A stretch of 63,234 nt of DNA, filler included, from Octopus bimaculoides (lineage: Eukaryota), in assembly GCF_001194135.2 (NCBI RefSeq). It is 6 parts of 5 records of this genome, joined end to end, with 100 filler letters (N's around TTAATTAATTAA, not from the genome) between each part and the next. Parts side by side here need not be neighbours in the genome. Positions count along the whole stretch, not along the records: positions 1 to 16,093 come from NC_068989.1; 5 more parts are not named here. One strand, 5' to 3'. The notes beneath the pieces were generated by a model that saw nothing but the letters and a program-made list of their open reading frames with translations, did no database searches and was not told where the DNA came from. Every line of letters starts with the position of its first letter. Position 1 is the first letter of the stretch. Below are positions 1 through 12,323 of the stretch, piece after piece. A program made the translations under genes and the position numbers.

Positions 1-1418
1 ATATATATATATATATATATATAGTTATTTACGATCAATCTAGCATGATATACTTTATTGCACTTGTTATTATATATCTTATCTCTTCCGTTCATATTGA
101 AGATCCAGTTATGAGATAATGTACGTAGTCTTTGCAATAAACATGATTATAAAATAATTACCATGAAGATGTATTAAACATTACGACGTATATATTAATG
201 GTACGTAGACTTTCATTTTATATTTCATTTATTGCCTTGTGCTTTCCTTTATTTTTTTTCGCTTTTGTAATCCAATTAATCGGAATCAAAACAGTAAGGG
301 TTATAATTTCTTTTATAATGACACGTTTCATTCCCGAGTAAATGTGTACAAATAATGATTTGAAGCTGTCTGTAGTATCTTAAATGAAAGATAATAGCGT
401 TGAATTATTAATGCCTCAAAAATTCTCTTTATATCATATTTAATTATATATAAACTAGCTTGTTTCCTTATTGTTTTTCTTGAAAATAATGCATTATAAA
501 CTAAGAAGTTGAAATGAAAAAAAGTTATTTGTTTCTTTATTGTAAATCAACACCTTTATAGGACACACTTGTGAAGATCGATCAAAAATTATTTTCTCAA
601 ATAAAACCAGAAAAGGAAACACAATTCTCTACAGCAATTATGTCGCTAGAATTTGCATATTAAAAGAATATTTAAGTAGTGTACTAAAAGTTGTTTGTTG
701 AAGTATTGACGCAATTTATAATCATTCAAGTTAAGGTTTTTGTAATTTTGAAAATACGATAATTTTTCAATTGCGGGCATCGATTAATAAGATTAGAGAT
801 CCAATAACAGAAATTCGGCGTTTCAAATATATGACTCTTTTGGCAGGTACTTATAGGATGTAGTTTTAATTATTTTTGGTTTTATTGATTTCAATACTTT
901 GTTTTGACAACATAAAGGTAAAATATACAAAGTCCAATATTTAAGAAAAAAACTCAGTAATTGTCTTTGTTAAAGTAGTAACCACTTTCTTGTAATGGAA
1001 CTTTTTAGGAGTTCACAAAAGAACGTAAAAGGTTGGAATATTTTAGTAAGTCAAACAACTCACACCTAGATTTGTACACCGGCTTAGAAATTGTTGCATA
1101 CATGAATACACGCTAAACAATAACATAACCGCAGCTTTAATCAATAAATGTTTCCCCAGACATCTCTCCATTACAACTCACTCTGAGACCTAATTACCAC
1201 TCCACTCAAAGCCAGAAACGGACTGAATGTTTTGCCTTAACACAGAGTATAAAAAGCTAAGATGAAATTCTACATGTGTCACAGTCCGACAATGGTTTAC
1301 TGGCCTAAAATTCCAAGTCAGTGTTAATAGTATTCTTGATTAAGAATATTAAATATATATGTATATAAGTATGTATATGTGTCTGTTCACAAACACACAC
1401 ACACACACACACACACAC

Positions 1419-1464
<46 letters not shown>

Positions 1465-3455
1465 CCGTTACATTGTAGAATATAAAGTCAAAACTGAGAG
1501 TTCAAAGCAATATAGTTACTACTGTTCTGATTCCATAGAATCGGTTGTTCGAAATACCTAATCAATATAATTTGAGACGAAATTTCTATAAAATTTGCTA
1601 ATAAAATTCTAAATATGTCATTTTCCAGTGACATCTAGGTAGTAAATAATTACAATGATTTTCTATTCGCTATAAAAGGTCATTCCGCTTGACCTTATAG
1701 CGTACAACCTGAAAATAAAGTTACAAAAATTGTTGGTGTCACAAAAGCTATTTTCCTAGATATTGGAAGCTCACTAGAATGAAGCAGTTGCTTTGCAGAA
1801 TATCGCAGAAATATAAACCTATGCAAATGATATTAAGGTTTATCATTAAATCCCTAACAATGAGCGAACCTAATTTCTTTTGTCACTCAAATTACCAATA
1901 AAGTCTTACATTAAACGAGCAGAATTTAACGTATTGGGCTACATTGTTAATGAGTTAGGATATTGTCTGTCAAATCCCAATAATTTATCACGGTACATTC
2001 ATTGTACACACATATACACCCTCACATACATATTAATATACATACAAACACGCATATATATACATGGTAAAAACTCAATTAAAATTAATTTATAAAAAAT
2101 TAAAATTAAATTGAGCTTTATATATAAAATATATATAAAATATATAGTTTTAATAATTAATATCTTTATCTTATTATATTTACTTTGTTTATACTATACT
2201 CATTTATTGTGCTTTTAATTATAATTTTTTCTGTGTGTGATAGTGGATTTTCATCGATGAGTTCTTGAAACATGTTTATTTTCCCAAAGACTATATATGA
2301 TATATATATATATATATATATATANNNNNNNNNNNNNNNNNNNNNNNNNNNNNNNNNNNNNNNNNNNNNNNNNNNNNNNNNNNNNNNNNNNNNNNNNNNN
2401 NNNNNNNNNNNNNNNNNNNNNNNNNNNNNNNNNNNNNNNNNNNNNNNNNNNNNNNNNNNNNNNNNNNNNNNNNNNNNNNNNNNNNNNNNNNNNNNNNNNN
2501 NNNNNNNNNNNNNNNNNNNNNNNNNNNNNNNNNNNNNNNNNNNNNNNNNNNNNNNNNNNNNNNNNNNNNNNNNNNNNNNNNNNNNNNNNNNNNNNNNNNN
2601 NNNNNNNNNNNNNNNNNNNNNNNNNNNNNNNNNNNNNNNNNNNNNNNNNNNNNNNNNNNNNNNNNNNNNNNNNNNNNNNNNNNNNNNNNNNNNNNNNNNN
2701 NNNNNNNNNNNNNNNNNNNNNNNNNNNNNNNNNNNNNNNNNNNNNNNNNNNNNNNNNNNNNNNNNNNNNNNNNNNNNNNNNNNNNNNNNNNNNNNNNNNN
2801 NNNNNNNNNNNNNNNNNNNNNNNNNNNNNNNNNNNNNNNNNNNNNNNNNNNNNNNNNNNNNNNNNNNNNNNNNNNNNNNNNNNNNNNNNNNNNNNNNNNN
2901 NNNNNNNNNNNNNNNNNNNNNNNNNNNNNNNNNNNNNNNNNNNNNNNNNNNNNNNNNNNNNNNNNNNNNNNNNNNNNNNNNNNNNNNNNNNNNNNNNNNN
3001 NNNNNNNNNNNNNNNNNNNNNNNNNNNNNNNNNNNNNNNNNNNNNNNNNNNNNNNNNNNNNNNNNNNNNNNNNNNNNNNNNNNNNNNNNNNNNNNNNNNN
3101 NNNNNNNNNNNNNNNNNNNNNNNNNNNNNTACATATACATGCATATATATATACATATATATATGTTTGTGTGTATGTGCATACATATACATGCATATAT
3201 ATATACATATACCGTTTAATAATCCGAATGTAGGCAATTTAAGCGGAAACTAGAGGAACATAATTAATAACCACGCAGAGAATCCGATATATATATATAG
3301 TCTTCTACGTTAGTAAAATCGATATAAACATTCTAAATAATATAAATGTGAATTTACAAGTTACAATACAATGGTGTAATAAAAAGTTTGATACTATAAG
3401 ACATTATAAAGACGTACTAAAATTCCACGAAAATATTACAGAGATTTAAAAGTTC

Positions 3456-3540
3456 CATCTACGGGTCGTTTCGGAGATGTGCCAAGTAATATAATATATA
3501 TTTCATATTTTTAAAAACTGACACTCCCCTCATCAGGATG
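3456..3540 (-). ncRNA. Type I hammerhead ribozyme with intact core
   Basis: Minus strand reads CAUC-CUGAUGA-GGGGAGUGUCAG-(AT-rich loop)-UUGGCACAUCUCC-GAAA-CG-ACC-CG-UA-GAUG. Stem I is 4 bp, stem II ~12 bp, stem III 3 bp, and the GUA cleavage triplet gives a predicted cut at 3460/3459. Confidence 0.75.
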
Positions 3541-3929
3541 TTTACACATAATGCAAAACCAAAAAATACAGAAATACAAATTCTACAATTACATATCAGC
3601 TATTCGAAAAATTTAGACTTTACATTTACCCCCTTTATAGTTATCTAATGTTACCTCATTAGTATATAACCGTGGTAAAGTTCTGTGCAAAGCTCAATCC
3701 ACACCAACCCATTACTGCACTTTAATTTCATTCCTATGCTTTTTTTATGAAAATAGCTATTTAATTTCAAATCATACCTATTACACTTCTGCAACCTTAT
3801 ACTATACCTATTATTTTTTATTTATTTAATTATCATATTATGTTTCAATTATATTTTAAATTATTATTATAGTTTCTAATTTTTATTTTTATCTTTATTT
3901 TTAAATTTCTTCAAAAACTTAGAGTGGAA

Positions 3930-4258
3930 CCTATGTGTATAAGCTGGAATTGCATCAATAATACGATTCCATATGGGGCGTGTGCAAGGATAGACAACGA
4001 TAATTTGAATGTAATACTTTTTTCTCTAAGGTCATTTACATATGATGCCAATGCGGTAGATGTCCTATATTTAGGATCGTTAAAAGAACTTAGGTGGCTT
4101 CGGTATCTCTGCTTGAAGTCTATCGAACTACCTATATATATTTTCCTTTGGCCATTTTGCGCTTCAACGCTACATTTATTAATAACATGATCCTGGCAAC
4201 AATTTCCGAAAATTGGCCATCTTAGAGTGTACCTACAATTACAATTTTTGCACCCTTT
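3930..4258 (-). pseudogene. PLE GIY-YIG endonuclease domain fragment (no ATG, so absent from the ORF track)
   Basis: Manual translation from 4258: KGCKNCNCRYTLRWPIFGNCCQDHVINKCSVEAQNGQRKIYIGSSIDFKQRYRSHLSSFNDPKYRTSTALASYVNDLREK. This matches the PLE pattern CNC..CP..G.C, VIYKC..YIG..FK.RY..H..SF..STALS.Y. Confidence 0.85.
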
Positions 4259-4418
4259 ATAGGGTCTACTGCATTATTCAGCATACTTCTTGCTCACGTC
4301 CTTCCATTTCCGGGATCCACGGTAACAATTGTACTTTTATTCAAGCCAATTTAAGGTTTATTGATTTTATTACTACTATTATCATTATCATCATCACCAT
4401 CATCATTATCATTAGGCC

Positions 4419-4942
4419 TTCCTGGAAATTTCTGAGGCCGTCCTGGAAAGTTCCGAGGTCTTCCTGGAAAGTTCCGATGACTTTCTGGAAAATATCCGGA
4501 GATGGTTTACTTCTTGGAAAGTTCCGAGGATGGTAGTCCCGGGAAGGGCCCGAGGACAAACTACATTTTGGAAATTTCCGAAGATGAGCAACATCCTGGA
4601 AAGTACCGAGGTTGGTACTTCCTGGAAATTTCTGAGGATGAGCAACTACCTGGAAACTTCCGTGGATGGAACTTCTTGGAAACTTCTGAGGATGGAAATT
4701 CCTAGAAAGTTTCGAGGATGAGCTACTTTCTGGAAATTTCCGATGATAAGAAATTTCCTGGAAATTTCCAAGGAAGGTACTTCCTGGAAATATCTGAGGA
4801 TGAGCAACTTCCTGGAAAGTTTCGTGGATGGGACTTCTTGGAAACTTCCGAGGATGGAAATTCCTAGAAAGTTTCGAAGATGAGCTACTTTCTGGAAAGT
4901 TCCGATGATCAGCAACTTCCTGGAAAGTTCCGAGGAAGGTAC
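4419..4942. repeat. Minisatellite of ~20 monomers (21-29 bp) with a 162-bp higher-order repeat
   Basis: Monomer is approximately TTCCTGGAAAGTTCCGAGGATG(AGCAAC). GTAC phase markers at 4615, 4777 and 4939 give a 162-bp period, and monomer lengths 28,26,26,28,28,26 repeat. Confidence 0.9.
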
Positions 4943-5165
4943 ATTCCGAATAAGAAAAATATTTATACATCAAACAAAGCTGCTAACAGCAACTGAACAA
5001 AGCAAGACGGTAACTTATATAAATACAGCAGACTCTCGGTCATCTTCTTTTATGTTACGTAAACAATCATTAGTGTATTCGCTCCTCAGAGAAATATAGA
5101 AGAATTAATAACTGAGAAACTTAGAATAATTGTTACGCACAAACAAACATATACATATATATATA

Positions 5166-5537
5166 GGCGTAGGAGTGGATGTGTGGTAAGTAGCTTGCTT
5201 ACCAACCACATGGTCCCGGGTTCAGTCCCACTGCGTGGCATCTTGGGCAAGTGCCTTCTACTATAGCCTCGGGCCGACCAATGCCTTGTGAGTGGATTTG
5301 GTAGACGGAAACTGAAACAAGCCCGTCGTATATGTGTATATATATGTGTATGTGTGTGTGTGTGTTTGTCCCCCCAACATCGCTTGACAACCGATGCTGG
5401 TGTGTTTATGTCCCCGTAACTTAGTGGTTCGGCAAAAGAGACCGATAGAATAAGTACTAGGCTTCCAAAGAATAAGTCCTGGGGTCGATTTCTTCGACTA
5501 AAAGGCGGTGCTCCAGCATGGCCGCAGTCAAAAGACT
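5166..5537 (+). mobile_element. tRNA-derived SINE family A (CORE-like segment, internal TA/TG microsatellite)
   Basis: A/B-box-like head (ggagtggatgtgtggtaag; ccgggttcagtccc), a ggcatcttgggcaagtg CORE-like motif and a tail ending ggcggtgctccagcatggccgcagtca. Homologous copies lie at 24800, 32668, 60426 and 61125. Confidence 0.9.
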
Positions 5538-7254
5538 NNNNNNNNNNNNNNNNNNNNNNNNNNNNNNNNNNNNNNNNNNNNNNNNNNNNNNNNNNNNNNN
5601 NNNNNNNNNNNNNNNNNNNNNNNNNNNNNNNNNNNNNNNNNNNNNNNNNNNNNNNNNNNNNNNNNNNNNNNNNNNNNNNNNNNNNNNNNNNNNNNNNNNN
5701 NNNNNNNNNNNNNNNNNNNNNNNNNNNNNNNNNNNNNNNNNNNNNNNNNNNNNNNNNNNNNNNNNNNNNNNNNNNTATATATATATATATATATGGTTGC
5801 ATGCATGTGTGTGCGTGTATGTATGTGTATATTTATATATTAACCTAAACATCTACCAAGCTGGTGGGCTGCTCCATTTCTATGCAGGTATGTCAATGTG
5901 TGCTTTCAAACAATATATGTAATATAGATCGGGATGATTTCATCGTTAATATCATTCGTCACCGACATTATAAAATATTGTGTTTTAGGTTCGAGCACGT
6001 TAATCATTGTTTAATGAATAACAACTTCACATATATTAATAGACAGGGATACTGTTTTTTTTTTTACATTCAATACATATCACTAGATTTCTTCCCGAGA
6101 GTAGGTCACTGCTCGCATGTTACTGGGAAAGAGGATTTCCCCAAACATTTTTCATTTTTATTTGTACAGCATGCATTATAGGGAACAACTATTATGATAG
6201 GAATAATCACATTTACCTGCTAATAGACAATGAATCATACTAGCCTAATAGGAAGTCAACCCGAAACAATTCATTATATTAAAATAAAGAGAAATCAGCC
6301 ACAAGACATATTATACATTACTCTTTGCAATATTTGCATTCGACTTTCACCAACTCATACGCTGAGATTTATTTCAGCAATACTCCTAACAGCAGTTCCA
6401 TGGAGAATATATATTACATACTGTTCATTAAATCAACAACAAGAGACAAAATTATAAAACAGAAATGAATATACGACTGTACACTCCTCCTTCAAATTAT
6501 ATGTGATCAGCAGTAGAGCCAAATATATTTTCAGGTTAATAAGCAGAAGTTTTCTAAACCACACGCCATGAGTGAAGTTTTCTACTGAAAAATTAATAAA
6601 TTCATTCAAATGGCACATGTGAGAATTTTCATACGTATTTGCCTTGCCTCGATTTAAAAGAAAATATATTACGTCAAACATTTTAAAGTATAAAACGTAT
6701 TTGCATCACAAGAATACAATGACATTTAAAGGTAGTTCATTCACCTAGATCTAACTGTATGACGCAAATATATTCAATCATAGACATTTATTCAAACATA
6801 AAGCATATATATACTGGATTAACGGGGAAGATCTGAAGTAAATGGTTATCTATAAAAATATATATGTACCAGACCAGTCCGAAAACATCAGGCATACTAT
6901 TATACAAATTATGATTAAATTAAATTTCAGAAATTTAACGATGACATATATTGAAAATATCTTTGAGTTCGCAAATTGTTTAACAGTAAAACAAACATTT
7001 TTGCGCAGAAGTGTTTTACATAGAACATAGTTTTACGTAGAACAGGAATATTCTATTTTCTTCTTGGTACAATGAAGAAGAAAATTTGAATACGAAATTT
7101 CTGCCTCTAATATAGGAATCAGTTCATTGAAACCTAAATTTTACTGCATGTTTGTCTAATGAAAAATAAATGAATGAAGTCATTCCTTTGGGGTGTTGAA
7201 CAACTACTTCACAGGACTGTCACATGAAGCTGACAGTATACTATATATATATAT

Positions 7255-7794
7255 ACTTTTCCAGTGACGAAATGTCACTAATTTCGAAAAAGTGGGAATA
7301 AGCAATAATAAATCTCTGAGCGAGGTATAAACAGTAGCTGCACGACATCGTGAATTATATTTGCCACCTAAATGTGGCTAACCCCTAAGAGGTGATGCTA
7401 CTGTAGCTTCTAGTCCCAGGAAGTCATCTCCTCCAGCTGGCTATTGACACCCTTTCTGTGCCCTATCAGATTTATTATTGTTTGTTCCCACTTTTTTGAA
7501 ATCAGTGACTTGCCGTCTCTGGATAAAGTATATATGTATTTTCATTGAGAACTACTTCCCATCGCCAACCAGTGGTTGTCACACGCTGATGACGGGTCAA
7601 TACCGAGAAAATCGGGTCCGCGTATATCACGTCAGGCTGGAGATGGGAAAGATGACTTCCCTTTGCATATACTGATAGGGCCCAGAAAGTGTGTCAAAAG
7701 CCGGCTGGAGGAGATATCTTCCTGAGGCTACAAGCTACAGTAGCACCAACTCTTAAGGGTTAGCCACATTTAGGCGGCAAATATACTTCACGAT
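7255..7794. mobile_element. Foldback element between (TA)n runs (PLE-derived inverted structure or MITE)
   Basis: 123-bp inverted repeat 7347-7469/7672-7794, plus a second inverted pair ~7255-7316/7467-7530. (TA)n flanks both ends. Confidence 0.75.
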
Positions 7795-8851
7795 ATATAT
7801 ATATATTTCGGAATAGTAAGTGTCTGTCGTAGGATTTGGCGTGATACTTTGTTGAAATTAAACCAGTTATTGGAAGGAAGATATGTGTTAGGCACTCATG
7901 TATAAAAATAACAGCTGTTAATTTCATTTAACCACTTATTATTCATTGGCAAGCATCATTTGCTACCTGATAACCGACACCATCATCGCTTTGAGCCAAG
8001 GCTATTGGCCAGTACAAAAAAGACTCAGAATATTAAATGTAACGTTTCCCCTGAATTTTCATGTGACAACCATTTTGCTCCACTTGCATATTGTGACGTG
8101 AGAGAATATATCTAAAATTCTGAGGACCATATACATACAATCAGAAACAACTTGGTTGGTTTGTAACCATCTGTAGCGAATCTCTTAGCCCACGTGACAA
8201 ATGCGTATAACACCACCGCTAGTACGGGGACCATTCAGAGACAGGCACGTAGTAGCTTGTGCAGCATTGTTTGAGTACATCTTTTATTGAGTTAAACGCT
8301 TTACATCCTTCACTTATTCACCTAAAGAATTTTGCCTCGGTGTCTCGGTGCACACTCATTTTTTGGATATATATCCATACATACAGAGAAAGAGAGGGAG
8401 GGGGAGAGAGAAATTGTGGAAATGACATGCATATACACAGTATAATAATAATTTGACATAAAGCTTTCAACATATAAATGCGGCAATTCAACATGAATAC
8501 ATACTATACATTTTAATTCATGCACACAGTAGTTGCATTTAAAATGTATTTGATCAGTATGAGTAAAACTATAAAATCCTATTTATTTTATTATTTGATT
8601 ATTAATAAAGCACGCGTGGATTCTTGCATACATGCTTACAACATTCATTCTGTTTAAACATTGTTATGACGAAACTACTTTCAAGTGATTTATAGCAAAT
8701 TGCACCTGCTTGATTATAACATTTATTATTGTCCAAGGAAGAAATAGAAATGTCACAATTTCGAAGTTTCAGCTCACCACGATGAATTGTTTCTGATTGG
8801 TTGTATGCATATGTGCATTATGTGGTCCGTTGCATGCATACATGTATTTGG

Positions 8852-8886
<35 letters not shown>

Positions 8887-11508
8887 NNNNNNNNNNNNNN
8901 NNNNNNNNNNNNNNNNNNNNNNNNNNNNNNNNNNNNNNNNNNNNNNNNNNNNNNNNNNNNNNNNNNNNNNNNNNNNNNNNNNNNNNNNNNNNNNNNNNNN
9001 NNNNNNNNNNNNNNNNNNNNNNNNNNNNNNNNNNNNNNNNNNNNNNNNNNNNNNNNNNNNNNNNNNNNNNNNNNNNNNNNNNNNNNNNNNNNNNNNNNNN
9101 NNNNNNNNNNNNNNNNNNNNNNNNNNNNNNNNNNNNNNNNNNNNNNNNNNNNNNNNNNNNNNNNTATGCATGCAGGTACATACATGTGTGTATGAAAATT
9201 TCCATAAATTGCATGCTTGTAAGGGAGATATAATTATGTAAGACAGCGTTAGTAATGTTCGCTTCCTGTCAGATTATATTAAATTTTATGGAGTTGGATG
9301 GTCTCTTATAGGAAGTGGGAACTGATAAAAATATTTCATAAATATTAGGAAATTTATTGTAAGGTATGTGTGATTATATAAATTTGTGGTTTCGTGAATC
9401 ATAAATCGTATTTCTACCCTAAATAGCATATTTAACATTGAGATATAATGCAGTAGGAAATTTAAAATGGGAAAATGGATAGGATTTCGGGACGGCACAA
9501 AATAATAGATCATTGTAAGTGCTTGTTTTCATGTTCTCATTCGAACGTAATATGCGTGTATGTAAATGGAGAAGGTTCTACAGGATTCTTAATATCCTGG
9601 CTTAACTGCAAATTTGTTACCCAAATATAAAGAATAAATATAATGCCGAACAGAAGAAAGATTCTGTAATTATATACCCGATATTTTAATATAAATATTT
9701 CATTATCTAGTATGACAATTGCATATTCAGAAATTAAGTAAAAATTAGTTCACACAAACATGCTCGCACGTAAATCGCTTCAGCATATATATCCAATTAT
9801 ATATTGGACATTGTAACTCACATAAATAAAGCATTAAAATATCAAGTGTCAAGTTCAAACAACGCACAACCCCAAATTATTATAGGCATGAGAAAACTAA
9901 ATATAGGGGTATCAACCAAAATAAAAGATGCAGCCAGAAAATTAGCATACATTTTTATCAAGCAGAAAACATAGCTCAAAACAGTATTTGTCGTAATTGG
10001 CAATATGAACTCCAACAATATCAACCAGTATTGTCAAAATAACTTTAAATGATACACTGGAAAATTAATGCTCTCATCAACCTTTTCGCGAACATTTCTC
10101 ACCATCATTGACGAAAAGTGGATAGAACACTATATAAATTCTGGAAGTAATTAACTTCAAAACGACAACCATTCTCCGATATACATACGCAATTTTGACA
10201 AAAAACGGTTACTTCCTTCTGCACAATCAATATCGCCAACAGTTCATAATTTTTAATTGAACACTAACTCGTGTAAGTCAAAATGTGAAATAGTTGTTTG
10301 TTTGTTTTTTTTTCATTTTTTTTTTTCATTTTCGGGTATGCAGGAACAAAATCAATAATATGGATACTATATTTCTGCATATCGATGTTATGAGTTTAAT
10401 ATGATGCACTTGTTTCAAATACAAGCTAAGTTTTCCTCAAACTCAGAAAGTATATTCGAAACGGATACGTTGGATAATATGGTTTTTAACCACAGCAACA
10501 CAAGAGTTGATGGTCAAGGCTAGATAGTATTTGGAAGTGGGCTTTACGACTGAAGTTGAATAAATAGAAGCATCGTAAGACATTTACAGAATTCGGCAAT
10601 ATAAAATTCGACTCAAAATAACGCAGTCATCAATTTGAAAAATTCACTTTCAGCAAAAACTACATAGAGATACGGAGCAATGAAGATTACACCCGACTGT
10701 AGACGTTATTTACTTTTTATCTAGTCAGACTCGGTGTATGAAAACAAAATTTTTCCTTAAATGTTGTGACCTCTACAATTTACGCACATTACAAAGAATA
10801 TCAACAAGCTTCAGTACAGACTACAACTGAATGATGGGCATAAATATCAAAGTATGACGTGCCATCCATTTTACAATTCCGTTTTGCAAACATTCTCAGG
10901 TAAAACTTTAAGGAGATAATTATAAAATAATTGCATGCACTATACTAAACAAATGTTGTCTTTTGATATTGGAATATACGGGTACAATGTTGTGTTTCAT
11001 TGATATAATCTACTTCAGAAGATTATAGCTTAACTCTCTAGAGTACTAAAGCCTGCAAAAACTAAATCAGTATTTTTCACTTTGATAAACAGAATTTCTC
11101 TAATACACACAGACTCAACTGAAATTTCATAGAAATCTTCGTGAAGCTAATTTACATATGTGCATACATTTTTCCCTCCACGCATACCATAAATTGCTCC
11201 ACAAAAACTATCAAACTACAGTACCATAAACATCATGCAGACAGGTAACTATATTAAATGCACAAACTGCTCTTCCAATGTTCCATACCAACAAAAAAGT
11301 AGGCTGTCAATGTGTTGTAATAAGTAAGTTATAGATGTATCAGGTTGATGCAAATATAATGACCAATTTTTTCGGAAACAGTTTTAGATAATATTCTTTA
11401 AAAGTGTGCCTCTTGGAAACTTTTAAGAATGTCACAAGTAATTTATACATTGTTCTTTTTTTCAGATTCTGGTTGCATTGGTCATAAACCTCTGCTATAT
11501 TCGCACTC

Positions 11509-11790
11509 GTGTTCGTTCCATCTGAAGATCACATTAGACATGTCTTATTCTATGAGTTTCAGAAATGTGTAGATGAAAGTACAGCAGTAAAGTCTCTTCG
11601 GAGAGTTTATGGGGATTTTGTAGTGAATGCAAGAATTTGCAAGGGATGGTTTTCTCGCTTCAGAAGTCGGGATTTGAGTTTGAAAGACGAGCCAAAATAA
11701 GAGTTGGAAACTGTTGTCACAAAATCTAGCCGCTACTTGTAGAGAACATGCAGAACAGTTTAACCTTGCCCATGCAACTGTTCTATACTA
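11509..11790 (+). pseudogene. Mariner transposase N-terminal HTH remnant
   Basis: ORF 11509-11700 reads HIRHVLFYEFQK..AVKSLRRVYGD..CKGWFSRFRSRDLSLKDEP, resembling the mariner/SETMAR HTH region. Confidence 0.8.
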
Positions 11791-12267
11791 ACTGAAAAGG
11801 ATCTCCGATTGTATATAGCGTAGAATCCTCTGTGGATAGAATACATTTGCTGAACTAGAAAGAGTATAAAATACAGCAAGGAAAATTAAAAGAACAGAGA
11901 ATAAAATGCACGAAATATTATGGAAAAATACCATTAAAATATCAGAAATATATATGATACATTAGCTGGAAAAATATACTAAATTGTCAACTACAATAAA
12001 AAGGAAGTTTTGAATTAAAAATAAAATAGCAAACAATTCGGTAAACTGAAAAAGTGTTTCCAATGCTATACGGATAAATGCAAGTCGTTTCGACTGTCAT
12101 ACAGAAAAAAAAAGACTTAAGTGACGATACGATATTTCTGGAAAAGTTAAGATTTATGCTGTGTCTCACAATAATTATAACATCATTTATTCTGCCAAAT
12201 TATGTTTCCAATGGTTCCAAAATATCGGAGAATTGCAAAGAAATAACCGATAGAATTTTGCAATATA

Positions 12268-12323
12268 TTCTCTTTTACTATTTTACTTGTTTCAGTCATT
12301 TGACTGTGGCCATGCTGGAGCAC
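12268..12323 (-). mobile_element. SINE family A 3' tail fragment
   Basis: ttttacttgtttcagtcatttgactgtggccatgctggagcac is the reverse complement of the family A tail. Confidence 0.8.

Larger units (their letters stand above)
3300..4370 (-). mobile_element. Penelope-like element 3' remnant (Cys-rich linker, GIY-YIG endonuclease, 3' region with hammerhead)
   Basis: The minus-strand frame encodes a GIY-YIG-type domain, followed ~400 nt downstream by a hammerhead motif, and the element ends at a (TA)n run near 3290. Boundaries are approximate. Confidence 0.8.

Noticed and set aside
1668-1720. 13-bp hairpin and minus-strand acceptor giving VVRYKVKRNDLL*
   Set aside because: Too short to distinguish from chance, with no supporting upstream exon.
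2166-3253. Long ORFs spanning N gaps (also ~30.5k, 44.7k, 48k, 49k, 52.3k and 57.5k)
   Set aside because: They are open only because N codons lack stops, and the flanks are microsatellites.
4419-4942. CRISPR array
   Set aside because: Eukaryotic context, no unique spacers (the inter-repeat parts themselves repeat with a 162-bp period), and no cas genes.
9842-10024. Hydrophobic 60-aa ORF as a membrane-protein exon
   Set aside because: AT-rich DNA yields such peptides by chance; no motif or clear splice sites.
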